A stretch of DNA of 64,000 bases, taken from positions 68,338 through 132,337 of IMG/VR virus record IMGVR_UViG_3300028534_000001, one strand, 5' to 3'. The stretch comes from a virus (Duplodnaviria > Heunggongvirae > Uroviricota > Caudoviricetes). The translations under genes were made by a program, and so were the position numbers. Positions 42,183 to 51,695 of this stretch are shown one piece after another. Below the pieces are notes generated by a model. That model saw nothing but the letters and a program-made list of their open reading frames with translations, was not told where the DNA came from and made no database searches. Position 1 is the first letter of the stretch. The number at the start of each line of letters is the position of its first letter.

Positions 42183-42253
42183 AAAATTCCTTTTTATATT
42201 TATTTAAATAGGTTTTTAAATAATCTTTAAATAATATAAAAAGGATTTTATAT

Positions 42254-42787
42254 ATGGATAATTATAAAAAAATAATAAGTGAAGTTGTTTTACCTAATGA
42301 AGGTATTTATTCTTATGACCCAAATGATCCAGGTGGTGAAACAGTTTATGGAATTAGTAGAAAACATTTTCCAAAATGGGAAGGATGGTCTTTAGTTGAT
42401 AAATTAAAAAATCAAGGAAATTTAAAATATAATTTAAGCCATAATGAAAAAATTTTAGAATTAGTATATTCATTTTATAAAAAAGAATTCTGGGATAAAT
42501 TAAAATTAGATAATATTGATAATTATGAAAAACAAAAAGTAATTATGGATACAGCTGTAAATGCAGGAGTAAGTAGAGCAATTAAATTTACACAAAGTGC
42601 ATTAGGAGTTGTAGTTGATGGTATATTAGGACCTATATCTTTAGAAAATTTAAAAAATATTGATGAAGAATTATTTGTTAATAAATTTAAAATTAAAAGA
42701 ATAGAATTTTATACTAATTTAGTATCTAAAAATAAAAAATTAAAAATTTATTTTTATGGATGGATTAGAAGAACTATAAATTTATAA
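42254..42787 (+). CDS. Endolysin, glycoside hydrolase family 108 with peptidoglycan-binding domain
   Basis: EGIYSYDPNDPGGETVYGIS catalytic motif; DTAVNAG, VDGILGP and GWIRR. Confidence 0.92.
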   Translation: MDNYKKIISEVVLPNEGIYSYDPNDPGGETVYGISRKHFPKWEGWSLVDKLKNQGNLKYNLSHNEKILELVYSFYKKEFWDKLKLDNIDNYEKQKVIMDTAVNAGVSRAIKFTQSALGVVVDGILGPISLENLKNIDEELFVNKFKIKRIEFYTNLVSKNKKLKIYFYGWIRRTINL

Positions 42788-42799
42788 AAAAGGTTTAAA

Positions 42800-43138
42800 A
42801 TGGAAAATCAAATAGAAAAATTATCTAAAACTTATGAAGATTTTTGGGCTAAACATAATTTAACGACTAGAACAGGAATATTTTTATTTGTAATAGTATA
42901 TGTATTATCTGTTGTTGGTGTTTTATATAGTGGTATAAATCCTGCTATAGCTAAAATTATTTTAGATACAACAAGTTATGTAGCGTTATTTTCTTTATTG
43001 ACTGTTATTTTAGGAAGTAATACTATAGTTAAAATAGCTGAAATTTTAAATAATAAAAAAACTCAATCTATTATTGAAAATATAAACAATAAAACAACAG
43101 AAAAAGATGAAGATTTAAATCCTCCAAAAATATATTAA
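42800..43138 (+). CDS. Putative holin
   Basis: Two hydrophobic helices and a charged C-terminus; follows the endolysin. Confidence 0.65.
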   Translation: MENQIEKLSKTYEDFWAKHNLTTRTGIFLFVIVYVLSVVGVLYSGINPAIAKIILDTTSYVALFSLLTVILGSNTIVKIAEILNNKKTQSIIENINNKTTEKDEDLNPPKIY

Positions 43139-43148
43139 AGGAATAAAA

Positions 43149-43529
43149 ATGAAAATTATAGATTTATTCAAAGCTTTAATAGCTCTTATAAGTGGATTAT
43201 TTATAGCTAAAACAATTTATGATAAAAATGAAAAAATAGACTCTTTACAAGAAGACAAAAAAAATTTAGAAAATGAAGTAATAGAAACTAAAAATAAATT
43301 GAATAATTCTAAAATTGATGAAATAAAATCTCAAGAAGAATTAAAAGCAGTTAAAACTGAAAAAGAAATATTAAAATCTGAAGAAAAAATCAAAGAAGAA
43401 AATAATATTAAAGTTAATAAAGTTATTAAAAAAATAGATTCTAAAGATGAAGATTTAATAAAATTAGATTTAAAAAATCAAACTAAAGGTAATAAAAATG
43501 AAAAAGTTCATTATACTATTACTCTTTAG
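43149..43529 (+). CDS. i-spanin (Rz-like)
   Basis: N-terminal TM helix followed by coiled coil; overlaps the next lipoprotein gene. Confidence 0.7.
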   Translation: MKIIDLFKALIALISGLFIAKTIYDKNEKIDSLQEDKKNLENEVIETKNKLNNSKIDEIKSQEELKAVKTEKEILKSEEKIKEENNIKVNKVIKKIDSKDEDLIKLDLKNQTKGNKNEKVHYTITL

Positions 43530-43827
43530 TTTTTTTATTTTTGGATGTGCAGAAAAACAACCTACAAAAATTTTAATAAAAAATAATTATATATATTCAA
43601 AAGCACCTATTTTAAAAATTTATGAAAATAATAATTCTTTAAAATTAACTGCTTATAATAAAAATGATAAAATTTGTATTGAAGAATGGAAAACTTGTAT
43701 TCCTAAAAATCAAATGATAATTTTAATTAAATATACTAATTCATTAAAAAATACAATAAAATTATATAAAAATGAAGTAAATATTTATAATAAATGGGCT
43801 ATAGAAAATAATAAAAAATCCAAATGA
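43498..43827 (+). CDS. o-spanin lipoprotein (Rz1-like)
   Basis: Signal peptide with lipobox IFG-C. Confidence 0.7.
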   Translation: MKKFIILLLFSFFIFGCAEKQPTKILIKNNYIYSKAPILKIYENNNSLKLTAYNKNDKICIEEWKTCIPKNQMIILIKYTNSLKNTIKLYKNEVNIYNKWAIENNKKSK

Positions 43828-43829
43828 TT

Positions 43830-44765
43830 TTAAAAATCATTTGGTTTATCATTTAAAATATTTACTAATCCTTCTAACATAATTTTTAATGAATTTTTTT
43901 CTAATTTAATAAATTCAAAACCTATTGCTAATTGATGTCCCCCTATTGTTTCTGGATAAAAATTTTTTTTAATCCAATCAATAATAATATCTCTTTTATT
44001 ACTATCTTCTTCTTTTAATCTTAAACTAAATTTATTATTTTTTAAATTACATATTAGAATATTAGGATTATTAAAATATTCTTTAAAATGATTAGTATAT
44101 TTAAAATCAAAACTAATTATTAAATTAGGAGATTCTATTATAATACCATTTTTTAAATTATTTTCTATATATTTTTTTGAATATTCTTTAAAATATTTTA
44201 TTTTTTCTTTATCTTCTTGAGAAAATTTATAATTTTGACTTATCATTTTTTCTCTAAAATCTTCTGAAATACTCCAAAAATAATCATTAACTAAATTTGC
44301 TAATTTAAATTTAGGATTTTCTTCTCTCCACACATCATAAATATCTATAATTTCACATAAATTTTTTAAATTATTATTATCTAATTTTAAAATTTCATAT
44401 GTTTTTAATGTAGCACTTTTAGAAGTATCTATAATAATTTTATGGTTTAATTCATTTTTTATTTTATCTAAATATTCTTTATTTTCATATAAATGATGGT
44501 CTATATAAATAAATTTACCTTTAAAATTTTTTAATTTTTCATAAAGATGTTTTTGTGCATTTAAATCAAAATTTAAATCTGTTATAATTATTAAATCATA
44601 TTCATTAAAAGAAATTTTATTTAATTCATATATAATATTTTTATAACCACAATTTTTAAAATTTATATTATGATTTTTAAATTTTTCATAAACACACAAT
44701 TGACATCCAAAACCATCTAAATCATAATGAGATAAATTATATATTTTCATTTTATTTACTTTCAT
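43830..44765 (-). CDS. DHH-family phosphoesterase
   Basis: SHYDLDG, ITD, IDHH and GGH motifs. Confidence 0.88.
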   Translation of the reverse strand: MKVNKMKIYNLSHYDLDGFGCQLCVYEKFKNHNINFKNCGYKNIIYELNKISFNEYDLIIITDLNFDLNAQKHLYEKLKNFKGKFIYIDHHLYENKEYLDKIKNELNHKIIIDTSKSATLKTYEILKLDNNNLKNLCEIIDIYDVWREENPKFKLANLVNDYFWSISEDFREKMISQNYKFSQEDKEKIKYFKEYSKKYIENNLKNGIIIESPNLIISFDFKYTNHFKEYFNNPNILICNLKNNKFSLRLKEEDSNKRDIIIDWIKKNFYPETIGGHQLAIGFEFIKLEKNSLKIMLEGLVNILNDKPNDF

Positions 44766-44946
44766 TACATCTAATAAATTTTAATGATTTGCTATCAATA
44801 TAAGGTGATAACATTTTTCCTCTTTTTATATATACTACATTATCTATACATATTTTATTAAAACTAAATATATTAGTTCCTGTTTTATAATTTTCCATAG
44901 CATAAACTAAACCAATCATACTTATTAAAAATAATATTTTTCTCAT
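44752..44946 (-). CDS. Small exported protein
   Basis: Signal-peptide-like N-terminus; CIDNVVY...C pair. Confidence 0.55.
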   Translation of the reverse strand: MRKILFLISMIGLVYAMENYKTGTNIFSFNKICIDNVVYIKRGKMLSPYIDSKSLKFIRCNESK

Positions 44947-44974
44947 AATTTTCTCCTTGATTTTTTATATTATA

Positions 44975-45003
44975 ATTATATCAAAATTTTTATTAAAAGT
45001 CAA
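44975..45003 (-). promoter_or_regulatory. sigma70-type promoter
   Basis: TTGACT-17nt-TATAAT with extended TG. Confidence 0.8.
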
Positions 45004-45241
45004 CTAATTTTTTATTTATATAATTTTTTTCACTTAAAATTTTTGCTCTTTCTAAATTATTGTCTATATCATAAATTAAAATTTCTACTTCTATTAAATT
45101 TTTTGGAATAAAATACATTTTAATTTTATAAGGTAATTTTAAAAATCTTTTTATTTTGTTTAATAAAGAAATTTTAATTTTATATAAATCTGTATTATAT
45201 TTTTTTTCTAATTCTTTTATTATTTGTAAATAATTTTTCAT
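44993..45241 (-). CDS. Hypothetical protein
   Basis: AAGGAG SD and its own sigma70 promoter. Confidence 0.6.
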   Translation of the reverse strand: MKNYLQIIKELEKKYNTDLYKIKISLLNKIKRFLKLPYKIKMYFIPKNLIEVEILIYDIDNNLERAKILSEKNYINKKLVDF

Positions 45242-45267
45242 GATTTCTCCTTGACTTATATATTATA

Positions 45268-45296
45268 ATTATACTAAATTTTTTAATAAAAGTCAA
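45268..45296 (-). promoter_or_regulatory. sigma70-type promoter
   Basis: TTGACT-17nt-TATAAT. Confidence 0.8.
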
Positions 45297-45311
45297 GGAG
45301 TTTTTTGCTAA

Positions 45312-45533
45312 TTATTTAAATTTTGTAATTTTTTGTATTTTTCCTGCATTTTTTTGTCTAGTAATAGCTGCTTTTTTTAATATTTGAGCCATTTTACCTT
45401 TTCTTTTTTGTACAGCAATTTTAGCAGCTTTTTTTCTAGCTTTAATTTCATCTTGAGACATTTTTACACATTTACCTAAATTGGCATTCCATCTAAATCC
45501 ATCTTTTTTACATTTAATTTTTATAACTTTCAT
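45312..45533 (-). CDS. Small very basic protein (possible DNA-binding core protein)
   Basis: K/R/A-rich with a CxxxGFRW...KCV motif. Confidence 0.55.
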   Translation of the reverse strand: MKVIKIKCKKDGFRWNANLGKCVKMSQDEIKARKKAAKIAVQKRKGKMAQILKKAAITRQKNAGKIQKITKFK

Positions 45534-45547
45534 ATTTTAATCCTTTT

Positions 45548-45913
45548 TTAAATTTTTGATAAATAATCTACTATTAAAATATCATTATTCCCTAAACCTT
45601 TTTCAAAAGAAAGAGTTTTGTTTTTTGAATCATATTTATAATCTTTTTCAGGTATTTTTCTTTCACCATTATAAAATACTTGTAAAATTCCTTCTGGATT
45701 ACCTTTTATTGTAAAAGAAGTTGAAGGAACTAATGTCCCTTCAAAAATTTCTGTCTTCATTTCATAATTAGGAATTACTTGTTGTTTAGTAAAATCATAT
45801 CCATCTAAATTCAATAAAGGATAAGTTACTATTATATTTCCATTTTCATCTTGTTTAAATTTATCAAAATTTAATGATTTGTCTTCAATTTGATAACCTT
45901 GTATTAAAGTCAT
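45548..45913 (-). CDS. Virion protein with Ig-like domain
   Basis: LQVFYNG...DY...KTLSF...IVDY; the same domain ends the upstream fibre gene. Confidence 0.55.
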   Translation of the reverse strand: MTLIQGYQIEDKSLNFDKFKQDENGNIIVTYPLLNLDGYDFTKQQVIPNYEMKTEIFEGTLVPSTSFTIKGNPEGILQVFYNGERKIPEKDYKYDSKNKTLSFEKGLGNNDILIVDYLSKI

Positions 45914-45917
45914 TTAA

Positions 45918-48185
45918 TTAACCTTTTGTTATATATTTAATTCTAACAGTTTTTCCTATCATTCTAGCATCATTAAAAGTTATAGTTTTTTTATCATCTG
46001 AAATTGTATAATCATCTTCGTCTTGATAAACTCCATTTTCGAAGACAAATATTCTTTCATCTAATGTATCATCCACTGTAACAGAAAGTTTTTCATCAAC
46101 TGTTTTTTTAACACTAATATCTTTTTTATTTTCTAAAATAGTAAGTCTTTTGTCTAAATCATTTAATTTATCATTTGTATTGTTATTATCAGATTGTTCT
46201 TTTTCTTTTAAATCATTTAATTCATTTCTTAAAGATACTAAATCATCTGAATTTTTATTAGTTTTAGAATTAACTTCATTTATTGCATTAACTAAATTAT
46301 CTTTATTTTCAGTAGTTAAATCATCTAAATTACCTTCAGTTGTTTTAGCTCTTGAAATTTCAGAATTTAAATTATCTTTAATTTTATTCTCTTCATCTGT
46401 AGCTCTATTAGTTTCATCTGATATTTTTTTATCTAAATCATTTTCTTTATCAATAGCTCTATTAGTTTCATCAGATATTTTTTTATCTAAATTACTTTCA
46501 ACATTTTGAGCTCTTGAAACTTCTTTATTTATAGCATCAGTTAAATCTTTTGGTTTGATTTCATTGTTATTTTCATCTTTAGTATTTAAAGATTTATCAA
46601 ATTCTAAATTACCTTCTGCTGTTTGAGCTCTATTAGTTTCATCTGTTATTTTTTTATCTAAATCTTTTTCAGAATTTTTTGCTCTTGAAATTTCTCCATC
46701 AATTTCACTTTGTAAATTATTTTCAACAGATATAGCTCTATTAGTTTCATCTGTTATTTTTTTATCTAAAATTTCTTCTGAAGATTTTGCTCTTGAAATT
46801 TCATCAGTTAAATTTTTATTAGTATCATTTAATTGGTTTTGTAAATCATTTTCAATTGATTTAGCTCTATTTTCTTCAGATGTAATTTTATTATCTAAAT
46901 TATTTTCTTTATCAATAGATCTATTAGTTTCATCAGTTATTTTTTTATCTAAATCATTTTCAACAGATTTAGCTCTTGTTATTTCATTAGTTAAATCTGT
47001 ATTAAGATTAGTTATTTTAGTGTCTTCATCTAATTTGTATTTTTCAATTTTATCATCTAAATCTTTTTCAGTAGATTTAGCTCTATCAATCTCTTTAGAT
47101 AAATTTTGGTTGGTTTCATTTATTTTTTTATTTAAATCTGAATTAAAAGTTTCAATTTTATCATCTAAATCTTTTTCAACTGTTTCTGCTCTTTTTATTT
47201 CATCAGATAAATTTTGGTTGGTTTTATTTAAATTATCTGTTAATGTAGTTTCAGCTGAAATAGCTCTTTTTGTTTCTTTATTAAGGTTGGTTTTATTTTC
47301 ATTTATTTGATTTTGTAAATCATTTTCTATTGATAATGCTCTATTAGTTTCATCAGTTATTTTTTTATCTAAATCTTTTTCAACAGATTTAGCTCTTGAA
47401 ATTTCTTTATTTATTTCATTATAATTATACGATATTTTTTCTGAATTAGAAACTATTTTTTTATCTAAATCTTTTTCATTTGATGAAGCTCTATTAACTT
47501 CATTATTTATTTTTGTTAATAATTCATTTTTATTATTTTCAATAATTTTATTAACATTTTTAATTGCTTCATCTATATTTTTTTGACTTATAATAATTTC
47601 TTGATTACCATCAATTTCATATACAAATTTTTGTAAATCTTCATTCCATAATAATTTTGATTGAGCTTTATCACCTCTATAAATAGCAATTCCACTTTCA
47701 AAAGATTTTGGTAATTTACCATCAGTTTTATTTAAAAGAATAACATTATCTTTCATTTCAACTTCTTCAGATAATGTCTTAGAAACTTTACCTAAAAGAT
47801 TAAAATTACCATTTATTTGAATATCACCAGTAAAAACTTTATTACCATTTATAAATTCATCTTTATTAGTATGTACATATTCAGATTCATCAAAATCTGA
47901 TATATCACTTTTTTTATGTATATGACCTATTTTACTAAAAGTTAAATTAACATAATCTTTAGTAGGATATAAATCTTTTAAATATACTTTACCTTCTTTT
48001 ATTTCAAATATATTTTCATCAAATTGTTCATTAGATAATTCAACTAATGAATATTCAATTCCATCTTCTTCTTTTTTAACTCTAAGATATTTACCTCCAT
48101 TACCTAAATAAGTAGGAATATCGATTATATCTTGAATTCTATCAGGTCTTTCAGGCCTAAAAAAATTAAATTCAAAAGTATTCAT
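45918..48185 (-). CDS. Long coiled-coil fibre (fibritin/whisker-like)
   Basis: Many (D/N)E(T/I)(N/S)RA..E..LD.KI repeats, the GNLDDLTTENKDNLVNAINE fibre motif and a C-terminal Ig-like domain. Confidence 0.7.
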   Translation of the reverse strand: MNTFEFNFFRPERPDRIQDIIDIPTYLGNGGKYLRVKKEEDGIEYSLVELSNEQFDENIFEIKEGKVYLKDLYPTKDYVNLTFSKIGHIHKKSDISDFDESEYVHTNKDEFINGNKVFTGDIQINGNFNLLGKVSKTLSEEVEMKDNVILLNKTDGKLPKSFESGIAIYRGDKAQSKLLWNEDLQKFVYEIDGNQEIIISQKNIDEAIKNVNKIIENNKNELLTKINNEVNRASSNEKDLDKKIVSNSEKISYNYNEINKEISRAKSVEKDLDKKITDETNRALSIENDLQNQINENKTNLNKETKRAISAETTLTDNLNKTNQNLSDEIKRAETVEKDLDDKIETFNSDLNKKINETNQNLSKEIDRAKSTEKDLDDKIEKYKLDEDTKITNLNTDLTNEITRAKSVENDLDKKITDETNRSIDKENNLDNKITSEENRAKSIENDLQNQLNDTNKNLTDEISRAKSSEEILDKKITDETNRAISVENNLQSEIDGEISRAKNSEKDLDKKITDETNRAQTAEGNLEFDKSLNTKDENNNEIKPKDLTDAINKEVSRAQNVESNLDKKISDETNRAIDKENDLDKKISDETNRATDEENKIKDNLNSEISRAKTTEGNLDDLTTENKDNLVNAINEVNSKTNKNSDDLVSLRNELNDLKEKEQSDNNNTNDKLNDLDKRLTILENKKDISVKKTVDEKLSVTVDDTLDERIFVFENGVYQDEDDYTISDDKKTITFNDARMIGKTVRIKYITKG

Positions 48186-48194
48186 AAATTATCC

Positions 48195-48584
48195 TTAAAA
48201 TTGTGTATAATTAGGAATTAAATAAATCTCAGCTTCTAAGAATTGATCATTTACATCTGTATCACCTATATCTTCAACAACAATTTTTATTTTTTCTTCA
48301 TTTTTTGAAGTAGGAACTGGTATTCTATAATTACCATTTTCTTTAATTTCTCTTATATAAGTCTCTAAACTTACACCATTATCAAATTGAATAGGAAACC
48401 AATCTTTAGCTGTTGATTCATAAACTTCAAAGTGAAATTTAAGAGATTTAGCATTATTTAAATCTACTTTTATATAAGCAATTACATCTCTCCCTAAACT
48501 ATCAATAATACCTTCGCCTTTTGAAGTTTTACTATTATCAATTTCAGATATAATTTTTCCAAATTTATCATATATTTTAATCAT
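48195..48584 (-). CDS. Hypothetical beta-rich virion-region protein
   Basis: Late-type motif upstream; leads the fibre operon. Confidence 0.55.
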   Translation of the reverse strand: MIKIYDKFGKIISEIDNSKTSKGEGIIDSLGRDVIAYIKVDLNNAKSLKFHFEVYESTAKDWFPIQFDNGVSLETYIREIKENGNYRIPVPTSKNEEKIKIVVEDIGDTDVNDQFLEAEIYLIPNYTQF

Positions 48585-48646
48585 AATATACCTTTTTTAT
48601 TATTATTTAAAATAATATATTATGGTTAAAATATACAAAGAAAAAA

Positions 48647-49264
48647 TTAGATATCTAATTTTTCCTTAATTTTATATGCTAAATCTTGAAATTCTTTTAT
48701 AGCACTTTTATCTGTTCTTAATTTTACTATATTTTTTAAATTTCTTAAAGGCATTGTAAAAACACCTTCTGTTTTATAACACTCAGGTAAATTATATTTA
48801 GCTTCATCATTTGGTATTCCATTTATAATATTTTGTCTAAGTTGTTCTAACATTAAAACAGAATTTTTATCTATTTCAAAATTTCCAGTAAACACAATAT
48901 ATTTTTTAGCTCTTTTAAAATCTTCTTGAGTAATACTAAAAGGTTTTTCTTCTTTTAATTCTTTTAATGTATATCTAGTACTTTTAATAGTAGGGGATAA
49001 TAAATCATCGTGTCTAACAAATTCAATAGTTAAAACTGCTCTACTAACATTTTTAATTTTTAAAGTTACCATAGTATGAGCATCTAAATCACCTTTTACA
49101 TCAACAGGTATAAAAGCTCTATGAATATATAAAACTTCTACTTCACTATCATATGAATAATCATAAGAAAATATTTCTTTTTTTGAATTTTCTTGAGAAT
49201 AATTTACTTTTTCTTGATTTTCAACAACTTCTTTTTGGATTCTTGTTTTTCTTTTTTTAGCCAT
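48647..49264 (-). CDS. thyX: Flavin-dependent thymidylate synthase, catalytic-motif part
   Basis: VSRAVL.E..RH...SPTIKSTRY, AKYNLPECYKT and NIVKLR motifs. Confidence 0.8.
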   Translation of the reverse strand: MAKKRKTRIQKEVVENQEKVNYSQENSKKEIFSYDYSYDSEVEVLYIHRAFIPVDVKGDLDAHTMVTLKIKNVSRAVLTIEFVRHDDLLSPTIKSTRYTLKELKEEKPFSITQEDFKRAKKYIVFTGNFEIDKNSVLMLEQLRQNIINGIPNDEAKYNLPECYKTEGVFTMPLRNLKNIVKLRTDKSAIKEFQDLAYKIKEKLDI

Positions 49265-49676
49265 TTTCTACTCCTAAAAATTTTTTATGCATTTCTGGTA
49301 ATTGTTTAAAAAAGTCTTTATAAAACCATTCATATGATGGATTATCCATTTTTTGTAAAACATTTCTTAAATTAAAAGTTAAATATGCTTTAACTTTATC
49401 TAATTTTTTTGGATTTATTTCATAACTTGCTACTACATATTCATCATTAAAAAGTAATAAATTTATAGGATGTGTTTCTACTTCTACTGTATAATAAATA
49501 TGTTCAGCCACTGATTCGTGTTTAAATTTTCTTATAATTCTTTTAATAAATTCAAAATCATCTTCAGAAATATAATCTGTTGGTTTATCATAATTACCAC
49601 CTTTGTGAAAACTTTGCCAAGCTGTTCTACCACCTATAACAGCATTTGATAAAGGTGTATATTGTAATAATTTCAT
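49257..49676 (-). CDS. thyX: ThyX-like protein carrying the N-terminal motifs
   Basis: TPLS...RTAWQSF, KHESVAEH, TFNLRN and LPEMH motifs; lacks RH..S.RY. Confidence 0.72.
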   Translation of the reverse strand: MKLLQYTPLSNAVIGGRTAWQSFHKGGNYDKPTDYISEDDFEFIKRIIRKFKHESVAEHIYYTVEVETHPINLLLFNDEYVVASYEINPKKLDKVKAYLTFNLRNVLQKMDNPSYEWFYKDFFKQLPEMHKKFLGVENG

Positions 49677-49697
49677 TTATTTTCTCCTTTTTATAAT

Positions 49698-49982
49698 TTA
49701 TATTTTATCTTTTAAATATTCAATTACATTTTTGATATCTTTAATTCTATTTTCTATATATGAATTTAAAAATGATAATTTTTTATCTTTTTGAATTTGT
49801 TTTAATTCATTTTCAAGGTATTTAATATAATTATCTAAAATATTTATTTCTTGAAAAATATCATCAGGTAAATCTAAAATATCATTTAATTCTTGTAAAA
49901 TTTTAATTGCTTTTTTATCTATTTGAAATTCTTGTAATTCGTCTTTTTTATTTTCAACATTTAACAAAATTGTTTTTAACAT
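49698..49982 (-). CDS. Hypothetical coiled-coil protein (start revised to 49982)
   Basis: AAAGGAAAGTTA SD precedes the ATG at 49982; the track start at 50033 lacks an SD. Confidence 0.55.
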   Translation of the reverse strand: MLKTILLNVENKKDELQEFQIDKKAIKILQELNDILDLPDDIFQEINILDNYIKYLENELKQIQKDKKLSFLNSYIENRIKDIKNVIEYLKDKI

Positions 49983-50154
49983 TAACTTTCCTTTTAAAAA
50001 ATGAAAAAATATTATCATTATTACAATTTTCATAAATTATATAATATTTATTTTTATCTCTAAGATTATTTATAAATTTACATGCTTTTTCAAAATTTTT
50101 AAAATATGCATGCATTATATAATCATTTTTTACTTTTTTATAAATTATATACAT
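49954..50154 (-). CDS. Small hypothetical protein
   Basis: AAGG SD upstream; overlaps the next gene. Confidence 0.45.
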   Translation of the reverse strand: MYIIYKKVKNDYIMHAYFKNFEKACKFINNLRDKNKYYIIYENCNNDNIFSFFKRKVNVKNNFVKC

Positions 50155-50178
50155 AATAAGCCTTAAAGAAAAATTTCT

Positions 50179-51669
50179 TTAAGACATATACATTTTTACA
50201 AGTCTAAGTAATTCTTCATTATTATCAGCAACTCCAGCTTGTTTTACACCTATAGCTGCTACAATTGCTCTCATTGTTAAATTACCACCATCTTTTTCAG
50301 CTAAAGCTTCTAATAAATCTTCTTTTTCTTTAACTGGAACTTCTGGCATAATATAAGGTAATAATGATTTAATTCTTTCAATAACACCTTCTCTTGAAAG
50401 TTTAACATCAATAAACATACTTCTACTTCTAATTGCTGCTAAATCAGGGTCTTTAATGAATTTATCTCCAGGTAAATTTGAAACAAAAATAATTCTACTT
50501 GTAAAATTAAAACTTGCAGGTAATTTAATTTTTGTACCTACTTTTGAAACTTTATCAGGGTCAGATAATGCTTGTTCAAGATTTAATAAATATTCATCTC
50601 TTTCTTCTGGACTTAAAGCATCAATATTTGTAGTCATAGTTGAAAACCAACTAATTTCTCTAGGATTAGTAGTGTCCATTGCGCTTTTCAACATATTCAC
50701 ACAATCTCTATTTAATAAAAATCCATCAGAATCATCAAATACAATAGTCATATTATCTCTATATTGGAATAAAATTTTATATAATCCAAATGGACTAGCT
50801 TTAAGACCTTTAAATTGTTTCCATTTAGCATCAGGTCCTTTAGGACTTCCAAATAATTCTTCTAATGTTTTCTGAGTGTGAAATGTTTTTCCAAGACCTG
50901 CTGCACCTGCTACAATTAAACCATTTTGAAAACCTAAAGCAATAACTTTAGTAAGTTTTTCAATATCCTCAAAAACTACATTAGGGTCAGCATAAGGTGT
51001 TTCTTCAAATTTTTCTTCTGCTTGATTCATTACTTCAATTGTAGTATTATTTTCTTTTACACCATCTTTAATTTTAAATGCTTTATATTCTTCTTCATCC
51101 CAAGCACCCATAGAAATAAGTTTTTTCTTAATAGTTCCATAACCTTTCATATTAGAAATATCTAAACCTTTTGATTTAGCATAAGCATTCATTCTAGGTA
51201 CTGGAGAATCTTCATTAACAGTTTTACTTTCTACAATATAACCTGTTTTTAAACCATCTGCAATAATATTAGCAACATCAACTATATTAACCCAAGGTGG
51301 TAAAATTACAGTTAAAGAAGGTTTATTAAATTTAGCACTTCCATCTGGTTTCCAAAAGTCAACTCTATCAACACTATATTTATCTTTTAAACCTTTAGCT
51401 TTAGTTTTTCTATTAACAAAACTAAATCTGATCATATATCCTTCATTAGATATATAAAGATATCCTACACCTTTTTCACCATCTTCACTTTTAAAATCAT
51501 TTTTATACCAACTTTTAGTTGCAGGTTTAAATTTACCAAAACCAATTTTACTATATAAACTTGCAAGCAAAGAAGAAATTTTTTCTAAATTTTTAAGAGA
51601 AAAAGCTTCATTAAAAATACCTCTTTTTTCTTTATATTCTTTTGTTTCAATAATATTTTTTAATATCAT
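50179..51669 (-). CDS. AAA+ ATPase with N-terminal unknown domain
   Basis: Walker A GAAGLGKT, Walker B IVFDDSD, sensor IIFVSN and arginine finger IRSRS. Confidence 0.85.
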   Translation of the reverse strand: MILKNIIETKEYKEKRGIFNEAFSLKNLEKISSLLASLYSKIGFGKFKPATKSWYKNDFKSEDGEKGVGYLYISNEGYMIRFSFVNRKTKAKGLKDKYSVDRVDFWKPDGSAKFNKPSLTVILPPWVNIVDVANIIADGLKTGYIVESKTVNEDSPVPRMNAYAKSKGLDISNMKGYGTIKKKLISMGAWDEEEYKAFKIKDGVKENNTTIEVMNQAEEKFEETPYADPNVVFEDIEKLTKVIALGFQNGLIVAGAAGLGKTFHTQKTLEELFGSPKGPDAKWKQFKGLKASPFGLYKILFQYRDNMTIVFDDSDGFLLNRDCVNMLKSAMDTTNPREISWFSTMTTNIDALSPEERDEYLLNLEQALSDPDKVSKVGTKIKLPASFNFTSRIIFVSNLPGDKFIKDPDLAAIRSRSMFIDVKLSREGVIERIKSLLPYIMPEVPVKEKEDLLEALAEKDGGNLTMRAIVAAIGVKQAGVADNNEELLRLVKMYMS

Positions 51670-51695
51670 TTAATAAACCTTTTTTTTATATTTAT

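Noticed and set aside
49698-50033. 111-aa version of this ORF
   Set aside because: The upstream start lacks an SD and overlaps the previous gene by 80 nt; the ATG at 49982 has a good SD
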